DNA of 63,702 nucleotides, filler included, from Pirum gemmata (Eukaryota): NCBI GenBank assembly GCA_002812295.1. It is 30 parts of 30 records of this genome, joined end to end, with 100 filler letters (N's around TTAATTAATTAA, not from the genome) between each part and the next. Parts side by side here need not be neighbours in the genome. Positions count along the whole stretch, not along the records: positions 1 to 1,870 come from PDIN01010266.1; positions 1,971 to 3,857 come from PDIN01010267.1; positions 3,958 to 7,241 come from PDIN01010268.1; positions 7,342 to 9,216 come from PDIN01010269.1; positions 9,317 to 11,189 come from PDIN01010270.1; 25 more parts are not named here. One strand, 5' to 3'. Shown piece by piece: positions 1 to 9,620 of this stretch (position 1 is its first letter; each line of letters starts with the position of its first letter). The notes under the pieces were generated by a model. It saw only the letters and a program-made list of their open reading frames with translations, ran no database searches and was not told where the DNA came from. The position numbers and the translations under genes were made by a program.

Positions 1-277
1 AAAAAAAAAAAAAAAAAAAAACTGTTTGCGGCTTGCCATGATGCGCCGCATTGATGCCATCACTGCCCATCAGTAGAACAAAACTGAGCTATCATAGTGC
101 TATCATACAAGTTTCTCATCTCAGTAGCATATTAAATAATGGAGCATATATAAAAAAAAGTATAAAAGGACACAGCAATTGGAAAAATTGTAAAAAAAAT
201 TGAATGTAAAAAAAGTTGTAAAAAAAATTGTGCCAATTTTCTATAGGGGATTGAACAGGCTATTTTGAAAACTTCGT

Positions 278-428
278 CTGTCTTTCTGTCTTTCTGTCTT
301 TCTGTCTTTCTGTCTTTCTGTCTTTCTGTCTTTCTGTCTTTCTGTCTTTTTTGTCTTTTTTGTCTTTTTGTCTTTTTGTCTTTTTGTCTTTTTGTCTTTT
401 TGTCTTTTTGTCTTTTTGTCTTTTTGTC
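278..428 (+). repeat. Octamer microsatellite (TCTTTCTG)n grading into (TCTTTTTG)n
   Basis: Direct tandem 8-mers immediately upstream of the Rpn ORF. Confidence 0.95.
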
Positions 429-470
429 AGCGGTTAAGACTCAAACAACACTGTATTATTGAGAAACAAT

Positions 471-1367
471 ATGTCATATCGTATAGACTTAAAGAATGAC
501 TGGTTGTTTAAACACATCTTTGGAGAAAAGATTGTGGATGAAAACAACCCGGATAACGATAATCCTTATACTCTCGAAATGTTAAATACACTTCTTGAGC
601 TTCATGGCGATGATAAACTTGAATCCGTGAGTTTCGATAATCCACAACTAAATGTCGTGAGACCAGATGGAAAGTTGTGTATCACGGTCGTATACTGCAG
701 GACCAAGAATCGGGGAAACTTTATAGTGGAGATGCAGGTCCTGGACCATGCTGGATGGGCACAGAGAGTTCAGACGTACGCCGCCAAAGCATATTCCTCT
801 CAGTTGAGATCTAGAGGTAACTACATAACTGTTGAGCCGGTTCATTTGCTAGCGATCATGAATTTTGTTATGTTTCCTGACATTGATAACGGATTAACAC
901 ATCATAGCATAATAGAGCATTCTAGTAATAATTGTTACTTGCAAGGGATGAAATGGACCCTTCTGGAGCTACCCAAATTTACGAAAAGGGAAGCTTCTAA
1001 TGACCCCGTTTCACGGTGGGCGAATATGTTCATTGATGCATCTAGAACATTGCCATCTACATCTGGAATATGCCCAGTAGGTGGAAATGATGTCGTGGAA
1101 AAGATTAAGAATATTGCTTTTGAAGCTACCTGTACATCCGTTGGTAGGTTTGAGTATGACAAGTCTAGTGAATCTATGAAGATATCAATTGCCACTGTAG
1201 ACGCAGCTTTAGAAGCAGGTATGCAAGCAGGTATGCAAACAGGTATACAAACAGGTATGCAAACAAAGGCTCTCGATATAGCGAAGAAGTTGAAGATGGA
1301 AGGTAATAACAAGGACTATGTCATTTCTATAACTGGTATTGGGGAGAATGAATATGACTTGCTGTAA
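471..1367 (+). CDS. Rpn family recombination-promoting nuclease / PD-(D/E)XK nuclease-transposase (PDDEXK_2-like), intronless
   Basis: Motifs DLKNDWLFKHIFG, FIVEMQ, QRVQTYAAKAYSSQL, PVHLLAIMNF, LLELPKF and RW, plus a C-terminal (EAGMQAGMQTGIQTG)KALDIAKKLK..G..ITG tail typical of the family. First ATG is at 471; the ORF track starts at TTG 459. Confidence 0.9.
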   Translation: MSYRIDLKNDWLFKHIFGEKIVDENNPDNDNPYTLEMLNTLLELHGDDKLESVSFDNPQLNVVRPDGKLCITVVYCRTKNRGNFIVEMQVLDHAGWAQRVQTYAAKAYSSQLRSRGNYITVEPVHLLAIMNFVMFPDIDNGLTHHSIIEHSSNNCYLQGMKWTLLELPKFTKREASNDPVSRWANMFIDASRTLPSTSGICPVGGNDVVEKIKNIAFEATCTSVGRFEYDKSSESMKISIATVDAALEAGMQAGMQTGIQTGMQTKALDIAKKLKMEGNNKDYVISITGIGENEYDLL

Positions 1368-1870
1368 CGATATATGTCCTCTAGTTTCCAATACAATACG
1401 TCTGGTATGACAATATTTAAAATCTATGGTATAGACCCGGATCAGAATTGTGTTGCGATCGTGTTACTTTTTTATTCATATTATCTATTAATTTATATCC
1501 TATTTATCTATTAGTATCATATTATCATTATTATTATCTATCATTATTGTTATCTATCATTAAAAATAATTTATTATAATAATGAATTGGGTCTTTTTTT
1601 ATTCATATTTTTATCCATTAATTAATATCCTATTTATCTATTAGTATCATATTATCATTATTATTATCTATCATTATCTACCCTTATTTTCATCTTTTCA
1701 TCATTATTATTACCTATCATTATTGTTATTATTCATTCTCATTATTTTATTATTATTTATCATTATTGTTTGTTTTATTATTTCTTATTTATCATTTATT
1801 ATTTATTATTATTATTATTATATAAGTACCTCACTATTTGCAGTAGTAGTAGTAGTAGTAGTAGTAGTAG

Positions 1871-1970
1871 NNNNNNNNNNNNNNNNNNNNNNNNNNNNNN
1901 NNNNNNNNNNNNNNTTAATTAATTAANNNNNNNNNNNNNNNNNNNNNNNNNNNNNNNNNNNNNNNNNNNN
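1871..1970. other. Artificial contig-joining linker (first of 29 identical linkers)
   Basis: N44-TTAATTAATTAA-N44 recurs identically at 1871, 3858, 7242, 9217, 11190, 13211, 15162, 17842, 20288, 22286, 24286, 26306, 28295, 30292, 32312, 34330, 36349, 38367, 40361, 42116, 44902, 46888, 48881, 50875, 52892, 54850, 57785, 59759 and 61743. It gives stops in all six frames. Confidence 0.98.
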
Positions 1971-2393
1971 AAAAAAAAAAAAAAAAATACCAGGCTATTA
2001 CCATACCAGCAACAGTCCACAGTCCAGCAACACTCCAGCAACAGTCCAACACTCCAGCATTGAACTATATAGCACTTATATAGCCAACATTTTTCACATA
2101 TATAGCCAACATTTTTCACATTCTTTATAATAATAATAAAAAAAATACCAGTCTACGTATCTGGTCTAGAACTTCTACAACTATAAGTTTATAACTACTA
2201 GTCCAGCCTTCCAGTTAGTAAAAGTAGGGACAGGGCTGCAGACCTACATTAACATAGCTATCAGCTTAGGGGGGGTGTCAACAAGACAACTACCACTATC
2301 ACAAGCACAACCACTACCACTACCATTACAATTACCTCTACCATTATAATTACTACTACCATTACCACTACTACTACTACCACTACCACTACC

Positions 2394-2432
<39 letters not shown>

Positions 2433-2940
2433 GGGTAGTAGTAAACGGAGAATAACATTAAAAAACATTATAACATTACACACCTCATTAATTAATTAAA
2501 AAAAACCCATTTGAATAGGAGAAAATTTTGATTAAATTCTCAATATTGCACCCCTTGAAATTAGATTTTCAGCTTGGCCGAAGTTGTTTAAAAATCACAG
2601 CTGAAATTTACACCCGCTGACACCTTTGAATGCACCACCTGGAATCTCAGGCAAACCGTCTTGGCCCCTGGGAGTGAGTAGCCTCAGAGTAGGTGGGAGA
2701 GGTGGGAGTTTAAAGTGAGTTTAATTAAAAAAGGACAGATTCCTGATAGATTTCTCAGTGAAAGACCACAAAAGGCAAGATCAGATCTCATAATGAGTGG
2801 TCAATTTCGTACTACAAAACAATTCTACTTTTTAGATAGGCTTCATTGGGGGTCATTGGCCAATTTTTTTTAATTTTTTTCAGTTTTTTTTTTAGGAAAT
2901 CCGAGGAAAACTGAGGAAAATAAAAAAGCATGATGAAAAA

Positions 2941-3081
2941 GGGATCAAATAATACGCCACGCCACGTCAAGGGGTTGGTAGGTAGGTGGTATTTGACCGA
3001 AAATTAACGTCGAGGGGTAGGTAGGTAGGTAGGAAGGAGTATTTGAAGCAGTATTTGACCAGAAATTGGCGTTGCGCTCCC
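2941..3081 (+). mobile_element. MITE family A copy (GGTA-repeat core), partly deleted
   Basis: Shares the GGTAGGTAGG..GTATTTGACCGGAAATT core with the full copies at 17208 and 46410. Confidence 0.75.
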
Positions 3082-3532
3082 AAAGCACGTGTATTGGTTA
3101 ATAAATAGTATTCACATTTTTTTCTTATATCTGGAGATCTCGAATCACGTAGCACCAGTGCTAAGCTATATGACAGTTTTTATGTCGTCATCGTTGTCAT
3201 TGAGTCTTCTATTCATTACTATTCATACCTAAAAAAAGATATTAATTTTCTTTTTAAAGTAAATTAACCAATGATGACGTAATTTACAATTTGGTGTGAT
3301 TAATGTCTTGGACAGTATTTGCAACTTGAGATACAGAAGATTTGATGCGTCTTACTATTTCTATGTTAAGTAGTTTATAGTCTAGTTTTGGTAAGTATTT
3401 TATCCATGTTGCTGTAAATGGTAACCCACAAATTTTGAAAGAAATCCCCAACGGGACACTAACTAGTAACTACACCCTCTGCCGTCTTAATACTATCTAG
3501 CTCTAACTAGCTAGCTAGAGCCTAGAGGTCTC

Positions 3533-3655
3533 CAAGGTAGGTAGGTGGTATTTGACCGGAAATTAACGTCGAGGGTAGGTAGGTAGGGGGGGGTATTTGA
3601 AGCTGTATTTGACTGGAAATTGGCGTTACGTAGTATTTCTGTATTTGAGCCTCCC
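3533..3655 (+). mobile_element. MITE family A copy, 5'-truncated
   Basis: Same core; ends in TATTTGAGCCTCCC-TAA. Confidence 0.7.
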
Positions 3656-3676
3656 TAACTATCACTAGTAGCAGTA

Positions 3677-3798
3677 TCGTGCATTTCATTTATTGTTACT
3701 CTGAATATTTATTTGGAGGGTTACAATATTTAAATTGACAATTTTTAAATCAATATACAAATAACAAATAATAATGACAAAACAACTGAAAAGCACTG
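3677..3798 (+). mobile_element. MITE family B copy with internal deletion
   Basis: TIRs TCGTGCATTTCATTTATT...ACAACTGAAAAGCACTG flanked by TA. Confidence 0.75.
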
Positions 3799-4197
3799 TA
3801 GTATCGGTAGAAGAAGTGTGCATGAAGTCACTATGAAGCCACTATTATTATTATTATNNNNNNNNNNNNNNNNNNNNNNNNNNNNNNNNNNNNNNNNNNN
3901 NTTAATTAATTAANNNNNNNNNNNNNNNNNNNNNNNNNNNNNNNNNNNNNNNNNNNNATAATAATAATAGTAATTTTGGTTTAAAATTCTCTAAATGATT
4001 TTTATTTATTTGCGTATGTAATCACCAACAACCCAAACGAAACACAACTAAAAAATAAAACAAATAAACATGCATATTAAATTACTGATAAAAAAATAAT
4101 TAATTCTTATATATAAATTTAAAAAATAATACAATCATTTTTAATTATTATTTTTGCCTAATTTTAAATTGTCATTACATTTATTATTATTACATAC

Positions 4198-4937
4198 CTG
4201 GTAATTGGATATCAAAACCCCAGCTGAAATCTCGTTTATTGTTGGCATCATTTTCCATTCCACAGCCAGGGAGATTCATGATTTTATACCACTCGTCTGG
4301 TGTACTTTGGTCTGCATCGCATTTAGATAAATAAAGAAAACAATCCCCTTTTAAGATTATTTACATAATATTTTTATACGTAAGTTATTATTAAAATTTT
4401 ATTAGTATTGTTATTATATATAGTATAGTAGATAAATATATAAAGATAATTTTTTTCCAAATCAGGGCTAGGGGTTAGGGGTTAGGTTGCAAGAACGTTA
4501 GTGTGACTTGGTTAGCGTGGTAGGGAGTAGGTAAAGTTATGGGGTTAGGTTACAGGTTAGGGGTTATAATTAAAGGACAAAGGTTAGAGGTTATAACTAA
4601 AGGTTAGAGCTGAAGTAATTTTACCTGGGTGTTGAACGTGAAAAAAAAATTTCAGATTTAATTTTTGTCCCGCTTTTAAAACTGCACGTTTACTTTCAGG
4701 TACCATTTTAGTGAATCCTCGACACCGAAAATCGCCGCTCTTGAAATGATTTTGGTAACCGCCATTTAAGTTATACAGAATGGATTGTTGCTCCCAATCA
4801 TTTTCCTTTCCTGCTCGACTTACACGAACCGTGGGGTATTGCAAAGTACCGTGAGCGTTAGTATAAGTAATTAACTTTAGGCTAAAACAAACTACCACAA
4901 ACACTAAGTTGATTATGGTCATTTTTATTATTATCAT
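4198..4937 (-). CDS. Secreted His-brace protein, lytic polysaccharide monooxygenase (LPMO)-like; 5' part, exons 4937-4625 and 4347-4198
   Basis: Signal peptide ending TNA followed by mature His1 (HGTLQYPTVR), then FRC and L-x-AG. A GT-AG splice joins ...FHVQHP-G|DCFLYLSKCD...WYKIMNLPGC...FDIQLP in frame. Later exons are lost at the contig end. Confidence 0.75.
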
Positions 4938-4988
4938 TTATTTTATTATAGTTTTTTAGTGTTTTGTTTTGTTTTTTTGTTTTGTTTT

Positions 4989-5019
<31 letters not shown>

Positions 5020-5334
5020 TTTAGTTTAGAAAAAAAAAAAAAAACTGGTACTGTTTTTCAAAGCAGCGGAACTTGTGGAGTTAGCTGTAGAAAAACTAGT
5101 CTGTATTTTCGAAAACAAACTTTTCGGGTTTTTTGCGCATGGGTAGTGATAATAGAGCGGGAGTAGAGTGCAGGAGAAGAGCGGGGTAAAGTGCAGAAAA
5201 AAAAAAAAAAAAATAGAAAGAAGAATTTTCCATCACAAATTTGACGTCTAGCTAGCTAGTAGTTAGTTTGTTTTTAGTTTTTTTGTATAATAATACAGCT
5301 AGTATGGGCTGGAGAATGAAGAAAAATAGGTTTN

Positions 5335-6038
5335 GTGGTCACCAATTTCACTTCACCGCCTACACCTGCATTATAAACAAAATGCGTACCAAAGTTGTCG
5401 AAATAAGTTTCAAAATCTAGGTAAGTAGCACCAAGTTGGGCCAATTTAGCCCATTGCTCTTTAACTGTCTGTGTTGGAATAGGATTGACTTGCTGTATCG
5501 TGAAAAAATAGCCACCGGTACTTAGTTCAACTACACTACTATAACTAGTGCCACTTTGTTTGACAGCATTCCTGACCGAATTACTTTGCGAATAAGCCGC
5601 CTGAATCGAATCACCGAAGCCTGAGACACTAGCACCATAGTGAGCAGCATTATTACTTGCATATTTATAAGCGTAGTCAAAGGCAGTACTACCAGCAACA
5701 TTATCAAAGCTGGATTTCCAGGCATTATCCCAATTCACACCCAAAGCATTGTTGTTGCCAGAGTAAAAGGCATCGGGGACGTGGTAGCATTTATCGATGC
5801 CACCAATATTGCCCATGACCGAAATATTGGACTTGAAAGAACTAACTTCTAAGAGCAGATTATCAGTGGCCTTGCCTTTGACAATATTGTAACCATTTCC
5901 GAAATCGGCGACCCCGGGCAAAACTTCAGCAGCAGTTGTTGGTGTAACGCAACTAGGGTAGGTTTTTTGGGCGGGAGCTGCTAAGGATAAATGAGGTACT
6001 GTAACAGCAACAAATACTGTGGCGGAGGAAAATTTCAT
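5335..6038 (-). CDS. MACPF/perforin-like protein, N-terminal half (signal peptide to FGTH-GG motif), truncated at the single-N join 5334
   Basis: Signal peptide, LPGVADFGNGYNIVKG, and the signature YLDFETYFDNFGTHFVYNAGVGG. Confidence 0.85.
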
Positions 6039-6180
6039 GGTTATTACTTTTTTTTTTTTGGTTTTGTTTTGTTTTTGGTTTTGTTTTTAATGTTTTGCTT
6101 TTTTGCTTTTGTTTTTTATGTTTTATTTTTTTTTTTATTTTTTTTTTTTGAAAAAGTTGCTCTATTTATATTTTTGTTAG

Positions 6181-7165
6181 TACTCAAATGGAGAGTTGTA
6201 AGAAAGTAGAAACGTCGACTAATGCAAGTAAGAAATTCTCGGAAACTGTAGGCACCTGCTCAGTAACTATGAAAGGAGGTGCGTCTGCAAATGTAGTTTG
6301 TGGAGGAGCCCACCCTGTACAAGATTTGCTTAATTGGAAACAAACTGTCATCAACGAACCCACTGTGGTGGATACTGATACTTCGGAAATGAAATGGCTT
6401 ACTACTTTACTGGATAATGACTATGTTGGGAAACAACAGTTTATTGACCAAACGTTTGCCGCTTCAATCACGCAATCTAAAACCGAGGCCTATGCTGCCT
6501 TTGTTGCCAACGTAAAAACACATTTACAAGCTTATTTAAAAGGTCATGCAGTGTGTGATGTTTACAATTGCCCTAAAGAAGTACCCGTAGTTCTTATTCA
6601 AAATAAAGACTCGGGAAATTTCTTAGGCACGGTCATTGCTGAAGCTGGTAAGGAGTTACATTTTATTAACAAAGCTAATTTTTTTCATACGGATCCTACA
6701 CTCCCCTTGAAAGCCATGTGGTATTACTTGCCTCAGCACGAGATGTATATCAATTATCAAGATCCTACATTATGTATGATGTACCCGCCCGATCAAAATT
6801 ATGTCTTGGCTGGCCCATGTAAAGATGTGTGGGACAAACAATATCTTCAGCCATTCAAGTTTAAAATTGATCATGCTAATGGAGGTTGGTTGACTCATCA
6901 ACAAAACTCACAGCAAACCAATCAAAAATGTGTGAGAGAAGCAACACAGAAGGCCAATCTTACTTACGCTCAACTAGTACCTTGTGACAAGGGTGTCGGC
7001 TTATCTTCTTTCCAACATTTACCGGTGCTGCAACATAAAAATTTGTTTCCCAATAATGCCGATTATAATAAGATTTGGTCTAATATGAAAAATATTACTT
7101 TGGCCTATAATGGTACTTCTCGTTATACTATGCCTTGGGTACCAGATAGTGTTTCTTTTCTATAA
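6181..7165 (+). CDS. Terminal exon: C-terminal half of a MACPF domain plus ricin-B/beta-trefoil-like domain
   Basis: Follows a T-rich tract and TAG acceptor (6179-6180). Contains VTMKGG...WKQTVINEPTVV...LTTLL...LQAYL (MACPF C-half), then IQNKDSGNFLG, WYY, LCM...GPC, KCV...LVPCD (beta-trefoil-like). Confidence 0.7.
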
Positions 7166-7539
7166 TTTAATTAAAATCGATAAAATAAAAATAACTTTTT
7201 TACTTATCTATATATAATATTAATAATAATAATAATAATAGNNNNNNNNNNNNNNNNNNNNNNNNNNNNNNNNNNNNNNNNNNNNTTAATTAATTAANNN
7301 NNNNNNNNNNNNNNNNNNNNNNNNNNNNNNNNNNNNNNNNNATAATAATAATAATAAAGATAATAAATCATTTATAAAAACGAAATAACAAAATCATGTT
7401 TTTAATCGTAATATACAAAAAAACGAGAAACAAAAACATTTGATTTTAACTTGTCGTGGCAAAAAAAAGTTTTAGAAAAGAAACATACCAGTGGATTGAG
7501 ATATGAGGTTTTAAAATACAGTTGGATCACTAACGTTAC

Positions 7540-8220
7540 GGTATATTGTTGTTGTTGGCCTTCCCTACTGACCATGCTCACAGAGGAAAAGGTACGGGAA
7601 GGCGAACTTTCAGAGGTATGGGAAGAAGTAAACGATCGCAATTCTTTCAAAGTATCAGAACTTTCATTACAGCCTTCTTCTTTTAGTCTTTGGATATCAG
7701 AAACATGGGAACTAGCATTGCTACTATTGTTTTTGTTTTTGCTATTGTTATTGTTATTGTTATTGTTATTGTTATTATTATTGTTGTTGTTGATATTGTT
7801 GCAGTTATATTTATAATTATTGTTATTAGTATTGTTATTGTTGTTGGTATTGGTATTGTTATTGGTATTATTGTTATTGTTATTGTTGCTGTTGCTGTTG
7901 TTGTTGTTATTGTTATTGTTATTGTTGTTATTTTTATTGTTATTGTTATTGTTACTGTTATTGTTATTGTTATTGTTATTGTTATTGTTATTGTTATTGT
8001 TATTGCCCTCACTAAAAACAACTTTTTCTTCATTTTGTTCGTTTGATAAAACGATCGAAAGTTGTTTTTTCAAAATCCTTTTCGGTTTCTCAACTTTATT
8101 ATCATTATCATTATCGTTTTTATTATTCGAATCTTTTTTTTGATTATTCATGGTACTTGATTTATCAATTTCACGTCTGTTGTAAGTATTAGGAAGAGGG
8201 GAAAGAGGTAAAATAGACAT
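7540..8220 (-). CDS. First exon of a poly-Asn-rich protein of unknown function
   Basis: ATG at 8220, open frame with a long (AAT/AAC)n tract flanked by ordinary coding-like sequence; probable donor GTAACG at 7539. Confidence 0.55.
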
Positions 8221-8599
8221 AGTTCAAAATTAGCCTTCTTACTAAAATATTTTTTTTCAAGGCTTTGATGATGAAGACAAGCATAATCAAAACTCAAATG
8301 CTTACAGCTTGCTCTTTATGTTATTATAATTATGAAGTAACACGATAATATTAATAGTATTGATATTAATACTGATTGTGATTTTGTAGTATTCTCAAAC
8401 TATCATACTTATTAGTGTAGTCCACATCATTACTATAATAATTATTATAAATGTGTGTTTTTCATTTGTTTTGTCGCTCCGAATATTTATTTGGTTGTTT
8501 ATAATATTTAAATTGATAGTTTTAAATAAATAAATAAATAATAAAATATACCAAATTAAATTAAATGGATTTATATTGTATTAATTTGTACTCTTTGTT

Positions 8600-9112
8600 G
8601 TATAGCTAGCTAGTCTACCCTAGCTAGCCTAGCTAGACCTAGACCTTGACCTAGACTAGCTAGCTAGTAAGTAATCTATAGAGTAATCTCTTAGAGAGTA
8701 ATCTAGCTAGGTCTCTAGTAGCTAGTCCTACTACTAGTAGCTAGTCTAGTCTATGATAGTCTACAAGACCTAGCTACTAGAGAAACTACTCTAGCTAACT
8801 AGCTAGTCTAGTATATAGTAAAGCTATCATAAGTAAACTACTACACTAGTTATAGAGTCTACTAGCTAGACTACTAGTAGCTAGCCTAGCTAGCTAGCTA
8901 GTAGACCGAGCTAGCTAGCTAGCTAGACTCTACTAGTAGCTAGACTAGTCTGGTGTGAAAAGCACGTTACCTCTGACTAGCTCTAGCTACTAGCTAGCTA
9001 GCTAGTAGTCTAACTATGATACCGCTTAGTACAGCTAGCTAGCTATCATAGCTAGCTAGCTATCATACTATCATAACAGCTACTTACCTAGAGCTACTTA
9101 CTACCTAGCTAG
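8600..9112. repeat. Low-complexity CTAG/TAGC-rich intergenic tract
   Basis: Dense TAGCTA, TAGACTA, TAGTCTA, TATCATA and TATGATA words. Similar tracts at 36140-36245, 40480-40610, 45250-45450 and 52280-52740. Confidence 0.85.
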
Positions 9113-9113
9113 C

Positions 9114-9192
9114 TGCGAAGTGGCGCAGTGGTTATTTGGTTAAAATAACAACCTGGATCCGGAGGTATTGGGTTCGAATCCCCTCGACCAAG
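9114..9192 (+). pseudogene. Degenerate tRNA-like sequence (tRNA pseudogene or tRNA-derived SINE head)
   Basis: Pol III A box TGGCGCAGTGG (9121-9131) and B box GGTTCGAATCC (9171-9181) at tRNA-like spacing; acceptor and anticodon stems do not pair well. Confidence 0.55.
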
Positions 9193-9620
9193 ACGAAGAC
9201 CGTCTATAAATACAACNNNNNNNNNNNNNNNNNNNNNNNNNNNNNNNNNNNNNNNNNNNNTTAATTAATTAANNNNNNNNNNNNNNNNNNNNNNNNNNNN
9301 NNNNNNNNNNNNNNNNTGGGGATTTGAAGGTTGGGGATTTGAAGGTTGGGGATTTGAAGGTTGGGGATTTGAAGGTTGGGGGTTGGGGGTTGGGGGTTTG
9401 GCTAGGAACCTTCTATGAGTAAATTAGCAGGATACCACAATACCACAATGCCACAATAATACAATACAGAAATTTTCGTTTATTATTTATTATTTTAAAT
9501 ATTATTTACTATGAATTTATTATATTATGGCGATTGATAATATTACTATTTATTAACGCGGTTAAGTGTTACTAACTAGGGTATTTATTAAAAATTAAAA
9601 ATTAAATCTTTGATGTTTAG

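Noticed and set aside
276..430. 5' UTR intron in front of the Rpn gene, with the pyrimidine repeat ending in CAG at 430
   Set aside because: The acceptor is plausible but no convincing donor is visible; it needs transcript data.
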